Source of the DNA: a virus
Lineage: Duplodnaviria; Caudoviricetes
IMG/VR virus record: IMGVR_UViG_3300043447_000710
Location: 64,001 to 128,000 of that record
Strand: one strand, 5' to 3'
DNA: 64,000 nucleotides
Position numbers and translations under genes: made by a program. Shown piece after piece: positions 17,525 through 30,600 of this stretch (position 1 is its first letter; each line of letters opens with the position of its first letter). The notes under the pieces were generated by a model, which was not told where the DNA came from, ran no database searches, and saw only the letters and a list, made by a program, of their open reading frames with translations.

Positions 17525-17595
17525 TTGACGCCATTCTCAACTATCTAGCTTTTTTCCCAGCAAACCTACAAAAACGCTTTGACACCATTCTCAAC
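17525..17595 (+). repeat. 17 bp direct repeat TTGACRCCATTCTCAAC x2 (54 bp period)
   Basis: Copies at 17525-17541 and 17579-17595. Confidence 0.8.
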
Positions 17596-17619
17596 AAGCT
17601 GTTAAAAAGATAATACAAT

Positions 17620-18810
17620 ATGCCGGCAACGCCTCAATTTGATATCAATCGTACCAATCATTATCCAGGCGATTTCTCAAACCGACTGGCAAGAACTTTT
17701 AACGAGCACAACCACACTGCAGTTCAGATAGCTAACTTTTTAGCATACGAACTGGAAGAAGGAAGCCAAGTTGGATTCGTCGGCGGCCTAGCAACTCCAG
17801 ACCCGTTTGCCTCTATCGGTAATAACAATCCGTTAACTGTAATCGGCCTAACTGCAACTTCGATATCCTTAAGCCGTAACTCTACAGTTTCAACATTAGG
17901 CAGTTTAACTTATGTTGTGGGCGGAACTCCTAAGACTATTATCAACTTGAAAGCTACGATTAACTCGCCAGTAGTTGAATTTGCTACTAACACTACGGGC
18001 ACTATAGACTCTAATCTGCTAGCAAGATTGATAACCAGAACGACTGTTGTAGATGCTCCTTTAGTAGCCAACCCAAACCCAATCGTGCCGCCTACGTTTC
18101 CAAGTGCTAGCGACATCTTGTTAGATCTAGACGTTACAAACTCTTACTTGGAAACTCCCGCCAACCCACAACAAAACCCTACTCTGACACTTCAAAGAGG
18201 AAAGACTTATACCTTTTTACTATCTCCTTCAATCGTTGCTAACAATCACTTTAATATTACTTCCTCAGTCCGCGAACCAAACATCGGACTCGATCGTTAT
18301 CCTTTTGGCGTTAGTACTTTAAGTTCTGGCGCGGTTAAGTTTATCGTGCCTTACGACGCCCCAGCACAACTTTTCTATCAAAGCTCGACTTCAAAGTATA
18401 TATATGGAGAACTCCAAATCGTTAGTGGAGCTGTGAACCCAGCACAGCCTTTATTGACTGCTTGGCAAACTAACGACCTTAATATTCCAACTGCCCCACC
18501 AGAAGCCAAACTGTACCTATGCCTTTCTAATCCTAACGATTACAGAGTCACTGATTGGACTGTAGTACCTAGCTGGAGCAATAACTCACCCAGCGATGCT
18601 TTTATCCAACTGCAAGCTGCAGAAAATAGCGCGGTCTTCGCTCTTTCGGAACTACTACGGTTGCAAACTATCGATAAGATTTCGGCGTTAAATCTAATTC
18701 CTAATATAATTCCAGCTAACGCTACAGTTTATTGCGCTGTTTACGGCAATCAAGATCTCGTCCGCCTCACACAACAATTAACGACAATCGATGTTACAGC
18801 CTCAAGCTGA
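17620..18810 (+). CDS. Virion structural protein with cupredoxin-like beta module
   Basis: NPTLTLQRGKTYTF...VPYDAPAQLFYQS. Confidence 0.6.
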   Translation: MPATPQFDINRTNHYPGDFSNRLARTFNEHNHTAVQIANFLAYELEEGSQVGFVGGLATPDPFASIGNNNPLTVIGLTATSISLSRNSTVSTLGSLTYVVGGTPKTIINLKATINSPVVEFATNTTGTIDSNLLARLITRTTVVDAPLVANPNPIVPPTFPSASDILLDLDVTNSYLETPANPQQNPTLTLQRGKTYTFLLSPSIVANNHFNITSSVREPNIGLDRYPFGVSTLSSGAVKFIVPYDAPAQLFYQSSTSKYIYGELQIVSGAVNPAQPLLTAWQTNDLNIPTAPPEAKLYLCLSNPNDYRVTDWTVVPSWSNNSPSDAFIQLQAAENSAVFALSELLRLQTIDKISALNLIPNIIPANATVYCAVYGNQDLVRLTQQLTTIDVTASS

Positions 18811-20503
18811 TGCTTTTATCGATCTGGTTTCAGCGATCGAGCAAGAGCTAGCCACTGCAGAAAATGTCAAGACTATTATTGAATTTATCGATACTGAAAT
18901 AGATAAAGAAACTTGGGGAATAGATTTAAATGTAACTCAGCGCGCGATACTTAAAGCGTTTTATCAGTTAGAGCCGACAGTAGAAGAGCGGAAACGTTTA
19001 GACGAATTAAAAGCTGAAGACAAAACTACGTGGGAAGAACTTACTTCATCACCTTACCAATACTTAATCATAGATGCTGGTAGGCGTGCTTCGAAGAGTA
19101 GCATGTGTTCTGTAATTGTTGCCTACGAGTTTTATAAACTCTGGCATTTACCAAACCCGCAGAAGCACTATGGCATCGGTGCGAATACTCCGATCGTTCT
19201 ATTAATATTAGCTACTACTGCCGATCAAGCAAAGTCCACAATCTTTGCTCAGATCTGCGGGCTATTTCCTCTAATTAAATGTTTTAGAGCCCCAATAGCT
19301 AACGGCAGTATTAGAGTAGGCGCTGAAGAAATTACTTGTAGAGACAAACTACTTAATATTAAAAGCGGCAACTCTAAATCTTCTTCCCAAGTAGGGCATT
19401 CGATCATTCTATTAGTAATGGATGAAATCGCGCGGATTGAAGGGCGCGACCCAGAAACCAAACAATTAGAAGCTCTGAAACTTTGGGACAACTTAGGAGC
19501 GTCTGGCTTGAGTTTTGGCAGTGACGCTAAGCGCTTAGCTCTATCGTCAGCTTGGTTTATCGGCGACCCGATCGACGAACTCTACAAATTTGCCGAGCGA
19601 GATCCGATCTTCCTAGGGTTTAGATTAGTTACGTGGGATCTGAATCCTAAATATCATCGGTATCATCCTTTAATCTCCTCGGCTTATAAAACTAACCCGC
19701 GTCTAGCAGCTCTAGAATACGAAGGTATCAGACAGCTTTCATCCGACGGCTTTTTTGACGATATTGAAATCGCTGATTGCTGGCGCGGAGACTCTAGCAT
19801 CGTCGCTCGCCCCTCCTTATTAGGTTCGCACTCTTTAGAACTACTAAATGTTTTACCAACGTCCGAACTTTCTTGTGTGTATTTAGACCCCGCTTTTACT
19901 AAGGATAGTTATGCAGCAGCTTTTGGGCGCCGCGTCAGTAATGGCTCCTTACCTTCTTTATTTATTATCGATGGCTTTCTAGTATGGAAGCCAACTCCAA
20001 CCCATAAAGTGTCTTTAGTAGAGGTAGGCGAAGTCTTGATCTCCTTACACCGCCAACGGCCTATAGCAGCTTTGGGCGCAGATCATTATAATAGCGTTGA
20101 AACTACAGAAAGGCTAAGCCGTGCTGGAATCCCTTCTCAAATCTATCCTGCTAGCAACAAGCTCCAATGCCAACAGTACGATCTTACTCGTCAGTTAATG
20201 CACCAACAGCGGTTGATTTTGCCCCGCTCTAATTACTGGCGAGACCTGCTTACAGACGAGTTAGTACGTATCAAACAAATAGATGGTACAAAAATAATAC
20301 ACCCTTCTGGGGGATCTAAAGATATAGCAGACGTACTATGCGGTTTGTGTTGGTTGTTAGAGCGCACTCACACTCAAAGCTCTGGTACTAAAGTAGTGCA
20401 CACAACTCCAGACCGTCTAAAGATAGTTCGAACTCAACCTTTAGGCGCAAGCTTTAACAGCAGCTACAGAAAATACTTTCAAGGAACGCCCTTTAAAAAT
20501 TAA
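18791..20503 (+). CDS. terL: Terminase large subunit
   Basis: Walker A AGRRASKS, Walker B LVMDE, nuclease YLDPA and SKDIAD. Confidence 0.9.
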   Translation: MLQPQADAFIDLVSAIEQELATAENVKTIIEFIDTEIDKETWGIDLNVTQRAILKAFYQLEPTVEERKRLDELKAEDKTTWEELTSSPYQYLIIDAGRRASKSSMCSVIVAYEFYKLWHLPNPQKHYGIGANTPIVLLILATTADQAKSTIFAQICGLFPLIKCFRAPIANGSIRVGAEEITCRDKLLNIKSGNSKSSSQVGHSIILLVMDEIARIEGRDPETKQLEALKLWDNLGASGLSFGSDAKRLALSSAWFIGDPIDELYKFAERDPIFLGFRLVTWDLNPKYHRYHPLISSAYKTNPRLAALEYEGIRQLSSDGFFDDIEIADCWRGDSSIVARPSLLGSHSLELLNVLPTSELSCVYLDPAFTKDSYAAAFGRRVSNGSLPSLFIIDGFLVWKPTPTHKVSLVEVGEVLISLHRQRPIAALGADHYNSVETTERLSRAGIPSQIYPASNKLQCQQYDLTRQLMHQQRLILPRSNYWRDLLTDELVRIKQIDGTKIIHPSGGSKDIADVLCGLCWLLERTHTQSSGTKVVHTTPDRLKIVRTQPLGASFNSSYRKYFQGTPFKN

Positions 20504-20505
20504 TC

Positions 20506-21093
20506 ATGACAATCGATTGTAGCTACGTTCTTTACGAACCGCAATTCAAACCAACTAAAGCTGTCGATCGCGCGGCGGCCTATGATATTAGAGCTTATAT
20601 CACGGATCCTTTACAAGACGAAGACATCGCTCAAATTAAAGATTATGCCTTTAAACATTGGGCTGAAGTTTATATCGACGGCCAGCATTACAAACATCCA
20701 ATTAGGGACTTAACGTTAGAAGCGTTTTCAACTGGGAGTAAAGCTACGATACTTTTTCCTACTCAGCGCAAGATAGTATCCGCTGGTTTTGAAGTATTGC
20801 TGTCTACCGCCCAAGCTGGAGCTACAGCAGCAATGTTAGTCTGCGCTCGAAGCGGTCTAGCTTGCAAACATGGAATTTTAGTAGCGAATGCTCCCGGAAT
20901 CGTGGACGAGAACTACCCACTGACCGTAGGCGTAGGTTTATATAACACTTCACAACACATTCATGTGTTTACGCACGGTGCTCGGATAGCCCAAGTAATG
21001 TTTATAGAGTCTTTAGAACCAACGGAAACTATCGTTACCAAACTTCAGAACAACGGCGAACGTATCGGCGGCTTTGGTTCTACGGGAGTGTAG
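20506..21093 (+). CDS. dut: dUTPase (trimeric)
   Basis: AAYDI, ARSGLA, GIVDENY, RIAQ, RIGGFGSTG. Confidence 0.93.
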   Translation: MTIDCSYVLYEPQFKPTKAVDRAAAYDIRAYITDPLQDEDIAQIKDYAFKHWAEVYIDGQHYKHPIRDLTLEAFSTGSKATILFPTQRKIVSAGFEVLLSTAQAGATAAMLVCARSGLACKHGILVANAPGIVDENYPLTVGVGLYNTSQHIHVFTHGARIAQVMFIESLEPTETIVTKLQNNGERIGGFGSTGV

Positions 21094-21094
21094 C

Positions 21095-21673
21095 ATGGAC
21101 GCGCAGACAACTCTTTACGTTACGGTGCTTTTAGAATTTCTACCTAGTATTATCGACCTCAATCTCAATCCTGTAGATACTAAGCAATGGAAAGTAGAAA
21201 TTCAAAGTCCGCTGACAAACGGTGACTTTCAAGCTTTGCCAGCTACCTTTACGGCTAAGGTTAGGCCTGGAGACAGTTTATTAATAGCCCTCGCTCCTAC
21301 CGATCGAACTATTCCCAGACAAAAGTATAAGGTTAGATATACAAACTTGGAATTAAAAGACCAGAATTTTAATGAAGAGTGGATAGTCCCGTCTACGCAG
21401 CCTACAGCCGAAACTACTCTGCAATTAGAAACGAATAGGGTCAGCTACACGTTACCTAAAAAGGTAAGTGCGATTCGATCGATAACTAGTGCTTTGTCAC
21501 TGCCGGGACATACTTACAGTAACGGCACTCTTACTTTTGATTCAGCTCCACCTAACGCACTAATTAGTATAAATTACCTCAGTCATTTAACTAGAACTGA
21601 TGTAGTTTACCAGCCTCATGTTATCAAGACTTTAGACCCATCTCTAAGCTTGATAACTGACATTCCTATCTAG
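21095..21673 (+). CDS. Hypothetical structural protein (start MDAQ)
   Basis: ORF track. Confidence 0.6.
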   Translation: MDAQTTLYVTVLLEFLPSIIDLNLNPVDTKQWKVEIQSPLTNGDFQALPATFTAKVRPGDSLLIALAPTDRTIPRQKYKVRYTNLELKDQNFNEEWIVPSTQPTAETTLQLETNRVSYTLPKKVSAIRSITSALSLPGHTYSNGTLTFDSAPPNALISINYLSHLTRTDVVYQPHVIKTLDPSLSLITDIPI

Positions 21674-21683
21674 TCGTTTAATA

Positions 21684-24600
21684 ATGTCATCTTTAGATTA
21701 CGGTACTAGTCTCAGTCAAAGTAAAGAAGGTTCGATATCTTATTTTGGTTATCGAGAGTACGGCGCTGCAAATGACGAGTTCGTAACTACTGGCAAATTG
21801 GTAGGTGCGACATTATACAGCGTGCCTACAAATAGATATATAGCACCTTTAGAAAAAGCTCAGTTTGTAGGTATCAACACGGAAGGCGGACAGCTAAGCA
21901 GACTTAACAAAGTTTCTGGGGCAGTTAGCAGTTATGGCGAGGAAAGAAGATTACACTTTAAATCTTATACTCGTGTAAACGAACGCGGAGACCTAGAAGC
22001 ATTTTTACCTACCGGTAACTTAAGTAAAAATACCGCTGGCGATGAAGGGACTTTCTTTAGCAATATACTTAGCAATTTAGGTCTAGGCCAACCTCAACAA
22101 GACAATACTGGGGTACTACTAACGGGCAGATTAGCTTCTAAGTTTCTTGAGTTTCAGCGCAGCGTAGTTAAAGGCGAGATGCCTCAAGGGCTAAAACTTA
22201 ACGATGAGTACTCTTTAATTAGAGGGGAAGTTACAGCCGCTACTTTAATAGAAGCAATAGGTAGAACTGGTAAGGACGATCGAATCCAACTTACTTCGCC
22301 GTTTTTAAATAACGCAACTTTATTAGAAGCTACTATAGCTGCTAAAAAGCGCGGCGCAAATATCAGCGTAACAATGGCTCCAGGCTACAACTCTACAGTA
22401 GAGAGAGAACGCACTAAAGAAAGACTTGCTAAAGAAGGAATTAATGTTTATACCTCTACTGACAATCGCCTCGTCCACCAAAAAAACTTTGCAATTTCTG
22501 GACCGAAGATAAAATTAGCTGGAACCGGATCTGATAATCTTTCTAACTCAAGTGCTTCAAACAAAACATTGGAGTATATGTTAGTTGCCGAAGGCAATAG
22601 CAAGTTACTAAGCAATCTTTTACAAGAGTCAGAAGATTTATCAAAGCAGTTACAAAAAGTAGAAGCTAACCGCTCGGCATACGAGGACGGTGAATTTGCG
22701 TATTTGTATAACACTACCTATTCAACTTCCGGTTCTAGGTCTGGATCTAGTTCTGGGTCTAGCTCTGTAAACGGCGGTTTTGTTAAACCTACAAAACTAA
22801 ACACCAGTTATTTTACTAGGCACTTAAGAAACAGACAGAACAAATACGAAGGTTTTACTAATACATACGAAGCTATTACTGGAATTTACGCCCCGGGTGC
22901 AGTTAGCTCTTTTGATGATTCTCTAGGTACTGCAAGTTTAGGACATAAGCTTAATTATTTATTAGGTATTCAACTCTATCGAGACGGTGCTGGCGTATTA
23001 GGCTCTGCAGTAACAGCAATAGGTAAACTGCTGGACACTGCTACAGGCCATTATGCGTTCCGAGACGATATGCAGCGCCGCAAACAAAAGCGGGGCAGCA
23101 TCTCTAAATTTCAAACAATTGTAGATGAGTCTTGGCAAAGTAATGAAGAGTATCAAGGCGGCCCAATCGAAAAAACCATCGACACTTTTTATCAAGCGAC
23201 CCGAGGTTTATTTACTGGTGCCGTAGCTTTTAGCGGAGTCTTCGCAATTCAAAGCATCGCTACAATTTATCTTGAAGAAGGAGCTAAAAGACTACTAGAA
23301 CCTAATGCCAAGCCCACCGCGCTACAACAAGTAGTGATTCAAGGCTATCTGTCTCCAATCGGACGCACGGTTTTAAATACTGCTAAGAGCTTAATGCAAG
23401 CTAATGATAAGTTGTCTTCACAAGATGCTTATATAGCTGCTATGACAAAACATCAAGTTTTAAATGCGAACGAGATGTTAGGTTCTGGCGGGTCGGCGCC
23501 TGGGATAATTAATAGATTTAGACAGACTACTGCAAGCTTTATGGAATACGTACTGCCATCAGTAATTAGAATGGTAGTACCAGAAGCAAAACAATCTCAA
23601 GCACTAGAAGCTGGTAAAGCATTAGTAGACGCTTTAGGCCGGCCGATATCTCTATCGACTCAAGGCTTACAAAACTTACAAGCCGAACGAAATTTAAACA
23701 TCGGTAAAGCTTTAGAGTCGCTTAGTACGTATGTGCCGCTAGAAATGCATATGTGGATACCAAGCATTAGAGCGGTCTTAGACCCAACTTCAGTAAATAA
23801 TGCTCCTTCATTAGGTTCTACTTTAGGTGTAGGTACGCCGAATCTTCCTTCTCTATCTCAAGCAATCGGACGCGGGTTAATCGGAAACACGATTTCAGGA
23901 TTTTTAGGTATAGCTAACAAACTTGAAAATCTAATTGTCAACCCCGATAAAGAATTGCTTAGACTGCAAGCTGCTTATAAATCGTCACATCGGAGTTTAG
24001 CGTTAGACATTGCCGTAGCGAAACAGCTAGAAACATCTACGCAGGATAATGCGCTGGCAAACAGAGTAAGGTCGTTTTTACACCAACAGTCACAGACCTC
24101 TAAATTATTGTCTACGTTTAGTAACGAAGCTGCTAGTATATCTGCTTCTTCAGGTAATGGCGTTTCTGTAAATCTACCTAAATCATTTTCAATAAAACGG
24201 ATAGCTATCGGTCTAGGTTCTTTGTTTTTAGCAGACGCGATTTTGGATGAAGCGTTGCTAAAAAATCAAGGCAGCGATTTATTTCAACAGCTAGCTCTAA
24301 TTAGAACTACTAGAACTCACGAAGGAAACATCACTCAAATCGAGTTAACTCCTACACTGCCAGGAGCTTTAAGTTTGGGTGTAGCAGGTTTAGCAGGTTT
24401 ATCAGGCGGTTATACATTCCCAACTATATATAGCGTTAGCCGTCACGACTCGCCTACACTTGCAAGATTAGCTACTGCTACTACGCCTAAGCTGCAAGAG
24501 TTAGCTCAAGAAGTTTCTGAATATAGAGGTACTCGCGCTCGCTTTAATTTTAAAGCTGCTGTAGCTACTTCGATTATGGCTTTGGCTGCTACTAAAGCTG

Positions 24601-27600
24601 CTTTTGCTGTAGGTACTAGTTTGCTCGATACTGTCTTTCCGACTAAAGGAGTAAAGCTAGACGCAGAGTCAGAAACTTTGACTTCCGTTCTTCTAGGCAT
24701 ACTTAATAAGACTCAATCTTCGAACTACAGTAAAGATTCTGAAGAAACGATCGTATCTCAATCTGCAAATCTCAGATCGCTATTAATTCGAGAAACACTA
24801 AAATCAGCTGTCGATCTACATCTGCGTTCGGCAACTCGCCGCGACACGCTAGCGACCAACTCTTCTAATTATACGATTGCCGCTCAGCCTACTAATTTAG
24901 GCTTTATGCAGTTAGCGATCGTTCAACGTACCGACGCTGCTAAGCAGCGAACTAGTTACTCCTTTGGGGTACAGCTGTTCGCTCTTGCAGGTACTGGAAT
25001 GAGCCCGGTACTCCCAATCGGGATTGGAACTAGATTGCCAAATGAATGGAAGCAAGCATATCTGCAGAGGCTAAACCGAAACTCAGCGCACCCTAATTCA
25101 TTACCCGATAGTATGGGCGAAGCGTTACTTACCCCATTTGGGTTTTTAACTTACGATCCTAACTCACACGTTAGTAAATCGTTAATGGCTATAGGTTCTC
25201 TGACGTACTTACAATCTGCACTTACTTATACTGACGACAAGCTTGCTAAATATGGAACTCCATTAGCTAACAAATCTAAGAATCAATTAGACTTAGATGA
25301 CTTTAGAAAAGTCGCTAAGTTAGGTTTGCATCTAACCGAAGCCGCTTTAAGATACGGGTTGGCTTTGTCAGACTTTCTACCTAAGATGGCAATCTCAGGT
25401 TTAAGAGCTGGACTCAAAGATATTCCGAGTCCTAAAGATATAGGCGTTCTTAGAGTACTAGGAAGATCTATTTACCGCCACCGCTACGGAATCTTAGGTT
25501 ACGCAATCGGCGTTGCTATGACCGATCCAACTTTAGGAGTCGAATCGGTAGACGAGACCGACTCTAGAGTACTGCAACACCCGTTTGCGACGGGCGGCGC
25601 TAGATTTACGGCTGCGGCTTCTGCAGCAGTATTTGGTTCTTTATTAGCTGACGATCTAGGGCTGACAGGAACCCGACCTAATTCGCTAACTGCTAGAATC
25701 CTACCTAAGATATTTAGTTATCAGCAAACTTTAAATTCTGTTGAAGCCACAGCACTTCAAAAGTCCGCCGCTAAAGTAGGCGTTATTGCGGCTGGATTAT
25801 TTGCTGTCAATATTACAGCTTCAGCAATTTCGAGAACTATCGGTCAAATTGGAGGCGAGGCGGGGTTAGAAGCTGCGTATCAAACTGTAGGGCTGCTTCG
25901 TTTATTATCAGGTGTTTCTGCTAGTGAGTACAGACAGCGCAAAGGTAACGTCCTAGGAGATCTAATTGGCGATGTAATAACTAAGATTCCTTTTATCGGC
26001 CAACCGTTAGCAGATCTTACTGGCTTCTACTCCAAGCCGCCCAATCCTTACCTACCAGTATTCGGCACTCCATTTGGATTTAGTTACGGAGAAGACGGTA
26101 ATAGTAGAGCTTACGCCCAGTCTCAAAGCGGTACTATCGACTTAAGCGCGTCAGCCTATTCTAAAGGCAAGGGTGATGAATCTAAATCTCTGCTGCAGTT
26201 ATTTCAAAATCTCGAACGCGCGAACCTAGAAAACGTTACTAACCCAGACGCTCTAGCTTATGCGTTATTGTTAGGCGGCGCGCCAAGAACCAAACGAATC
26301 AAAGTCTCTCAACTTTCTCGTTATGGAACATCTACTTTGCGTAGTTCTGGTTTACAAAGAGCGCTGAGACTGAGACAAGCACTAACAGAAAATTTAATCA
26401 ATCAACGTCCTGGCGAGTACTTACTTAAAGAAATATACTCACAACACAAAGTAGGGCTGGCAAATATTTGGAACGGCTCTGGTTACGACAGAGTAACTAG
26501 CGTTCTAGGAATGAATTGGGGACAGCAGATGAATTTCGTTCCAGTTGTTTCTAAAACCCTGGGAGCTAAAACCAGTTATGAAGTTTTTGCTGCGTCTATT
26601 GAAGGAGAAACTGCAAGTGCTAGAGTCCAAGAGATTACAAATCCTTGGCACAGTCTGCAGGGTATGTATGATTCGTATACTCCCAGTAATAAAAAAGATT
26701 CGCCTAATGCAATCGGTGTCGGCATTCTTAGTGCTGTAGGTACCGGACTATCTATCGTAGTGGCGGCTAGTACTACTGTAGGTTTATTAGAAACTGTTGG
26801 TGCTGTTGAAACGGTTAAGTACGGGCGCTCGTTAAATAGAATTCAAAGTCAAAGATTAGAAAGTGTCGATGCCTTTCTAACTAGAAACAGACTTGACATA
26901 AGAGCTGATGTTAACAATTTTGATAAGGCAGTTGCTAGTAATAAGTACGACCGTAGTGGCTCTGGCTTTACTAGAGCTTTCGATCTCAAATCCCAACGGC
27001 TCAATGTCAAACAACTCCAACAAGCTTACAAACAAACTCTTAATAGGATCGAAACATACTTTAAGACAGATCCTTCAGACTTACTATACGCCGCCAAACT
27101 AAATGGTGCCACGGTTAATGCTTTTGACGAACTACTAACCGGAAACTATCAATCTGGAAAAGAGATCTTACACTCGAAGTTTCTAAAACTGATTGCAGCA
27201 GATTCCGTGAGCGCGAAAAATAGCGGCATTCTTAACGTTCCTGTAGGCAATACTAACTATCGCAGTTTATTTCTCGACATCGATAAGTCTATGTCTGCGA
27301 CTGCTTACGCTCAAAGCTTTCTGTCTGTAGAAATTTACGACGTTCTAGAACAAAAAGCTAGAGAGTTAAATTTGCGTAAGGACCTGTCGGCTTTTCAAAA
27401 AAGAGAGTTATTACTAGCTGCTAAAAATAAGCTAGAAATGACTTTACTAGAACGTCATGTTTTAGGAATGCCTACTAATTCCTTAGTAGAAGCAGACTTA
27501 GTGCCAGAGATAGCCCCTAGAGGATCGGGATTTTCATCTACGTTAAAGCGGGCGGCTTCTGGAGGAGGACTGTTACTTTCTGGATATATGGGAGTTGGAA

Positions 27601-30600
27601 AGCCGGCTTATGCTTTAGCTGAAAGTACTACGATTTTATTATCGTCAGACCGTCGCTTACATAAATACGCCGCGCGTAAATTTTATGATACTTCTTTAGA
27701 ACTAGGACTTTCCTTAGCAACTCAAAAGGTAATCTCTAAAGCTTTTGGCGGAAAGATGTTTTCTTTAGGAACTTTAGCCGCGACTATTGGTGTCAGCCTG
27801 GGAGCAAACATATTATTCGATCGCATCAAACAAGCTGCATGGGGGAAAGGAATAGCTAGAGGGGAAGAATGGGTCGCACGATTAGCTTCTAAAGGAATCG
27901 CTACTGTCGCAGATATTGTCTCTTACCTTCCAGGCATATCTCACTTGGGTAGCTTTTTTGCCGATACTGTGTTTAAGCCGACAGGCTTAAAAATAGCAGG
28001 AGCTTATAATGCCGCCAGCAATAAAAGTCTGGCGGATGGCATCATAGCAGAACTACTTTTACCAGAGTCGATCTATAAACGTAATAACTTCATTCCTAAA
28101 GGCTCTCGCTGGGGAACTCAATACATCAGTTCGCCTTGGGTAACTACAGACTTAACCGCTTATTATCAAGCTCAGCGTAATAGTGAAGTGAAAGCTACGA
28201 TGTACGCAACGCCTGTTAATCTGGGCGTCAACGACTATCTAGCCAGCGATATTCAAAGTAGCGATTATTATCAAAACGTCCTATACGAACGGTGGTTCAA
28301 GCAACGAATCGATGGAACTCCTTCTCCGCTAACCAACTTTGCAATCCATCAGCACAACCAGATTAGTGAAGGGACTTTGAGAGGCTTACAAAACAGAGCT
28401 TCATTAAAAGGGTATTACCAATACGGAAAAGATTTTCGTAAAGCTGCTTCTCCTTATTATGATTATGTCTCTCAAGCATTATTTGGAACCGGAACTACTA
28501 ACGAACTATTAAGAATTGCTACTCATGCCAACGCTAGCAGCGCTAGGGTTTTAGCTGACAGCTATGCAGGCATAGACAAGTACGCAATCGATCCCGCTCA
28601 AAGAGTCGTTAAAGGTCTAGGCAGAAGAGCTATTGGCGGTTATTTAATTGCTATTTCTAAAATACCGGCTAGAACGCCTTCTAGAGTTAAATCGCTGCTT
28701 TCGTTACCTAGCAACGTTATAAGCCGCCTGGGTAGTTGGTTGGGTAATACTTTAGGCGGAGTCAAAACAGTGTCTTCGGTAGTAGCTGGAACTACTGTAG
28801 TTACAGTAAGAGATTTGACAGCACAAGCAACCGCAGACATCGAAACTAAATTAGCTAAATCAACGGTTTATTTAGAGCGGAACATCGCTCCTACAGCCGC
28901 ATATATTGGAATTAAAGCTTTACAGGCAACAGCTTTCGTACTTGGGAGTGCTAGCAGACTAGCATTGACAGGGCTATCTAAGATTCCTACTAAAGATCTG
29001 CCTACTCTACCAGAGTACAATCGCCCGCGCGTTAACTTTAACGTTCCTGTAGCTTGGACGAAAGATAATACTAGGCTTATAAATACTGCTAGTGCGACTT
29101 GGAAAACGTTTTCAGGTCATTTACCTTTATGGTTAGACCTAGCTAGCTTGCTACCTTCGACATTAAGTTTGCAGAGTCTTGGAAATCCCAATCAAACTAA
29201 GATGGAGGTATTAGCTACATACGAACGGCAAGGTGCCACAGTGGCAGGAACTCTATCTGGGTTAGCTTTGGCAGCGACACGGGCTAATTTATTAACTTCC
29301 GTAGTAGCGGCTCTAGCAACCTCTTACGTAGGAGGAAGGTTAGCAAGAGCTGCAGGTAGTTCTGACTATGATAAGAACGAAACTACCTATCAAACTTTAT
29401 TGACTGTGACTGGCTACTTAACTATGGGCTTGAGTGCCGCTCAGTCTTTATGGGCCTTTCACCGGCGGCTGGCTACTTACGATAATCACGTTGAGATAAT
29501 TACCGATTCAGACGGTAACAAGACAGCCAGCGTTAACTTTGACGAAAAGATGTTAAAGCGGCAAGGCTATCTGCAAACTAGACGCCAGAAATTAATTACT
29601 TCGCCAAACAGCAGCTATAAAAATCAACAGCTGGCTAGGATCGATCGGGAATTGATGCAAATTCATTACGAGAAAGCTCACGAATTCGCACATAACGAAC
29701 AGTTTCAAGACGGACAATTTAAGTCTATCCCACTTCAAGACCCGGTATCTGCTAGAGTCGAACAAAGACTTCGAAGATTGGCTACACTTTCAGCTCAAGA
29801 ACGGCTTTATCAAGAACCGTTCCTAAACGAAAATAATTATAACGAGATTTACGAACGCGAGTATGAAGCTCAACGGCGCGCTTACGCTAATGTAGAACAA
29901 AGAATTAAAGCTGGAGATTATAATTTAGCTACTCCAGAACGTTACTTAGAACACTATTTAGATCTAACAGAACGCCAACTTACTAGAGCTAGGGGTTTCG
30001 AACGCAACCCAACCCCAGCAGTTACTAACGCCGACCCAATTACAAAACTGTATTCACCGCTTTCAAACCAAGTCAGTCAGGTGCATACTGGTGTAAACTC
30101 AAGCCATTTTGAAAAGTTTGGTAGATTAATTTCTAGCGGCGCTACTAGCTCTGATAGGTTATTAAGCGGCGCCCAAACGTTAATCGCTTTACCAGTAGCA
30201 ATTGCTGAAAGTAGTTCCGACCGTGAAAGCCTACAACTAATTACAGCTAGTTATTATGGTAGAGCTAACCTCCGTCAAGTAAAGACAGGACTGCAAAACC
30301 GCGCCAAGGAAAAAGTTAGATATCAAACGTCAAACGTCACCGGGTGGGTACTTGGAGTTACAGCTAAGTCTGCCGTAACTAAACTAGGAATTACTTTGTA
30401 TTCGAGTCTCGGAGCTTTTGGAGGTAGCGTTCCGTTTACAGAACTACCTTTAATGCCCACTTTTCTCGGCGACACCATTTCTAATTTTTATACAGATTAC
30501 CAAGTACAACGTCTAAGAAACGGAAACGCAGCTTTAGACATTGGTACTTTACCTTCAGGCTCGCTATCGATGCTACGGCAACATTACATCGATACAGCGC

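Noticed and set aside
17525-17595. CRISPR mini-array
   Set aside because: Only two 17 bp repeats, too short, and no cas genes; the Cas4-like nuclease sits in the replication module
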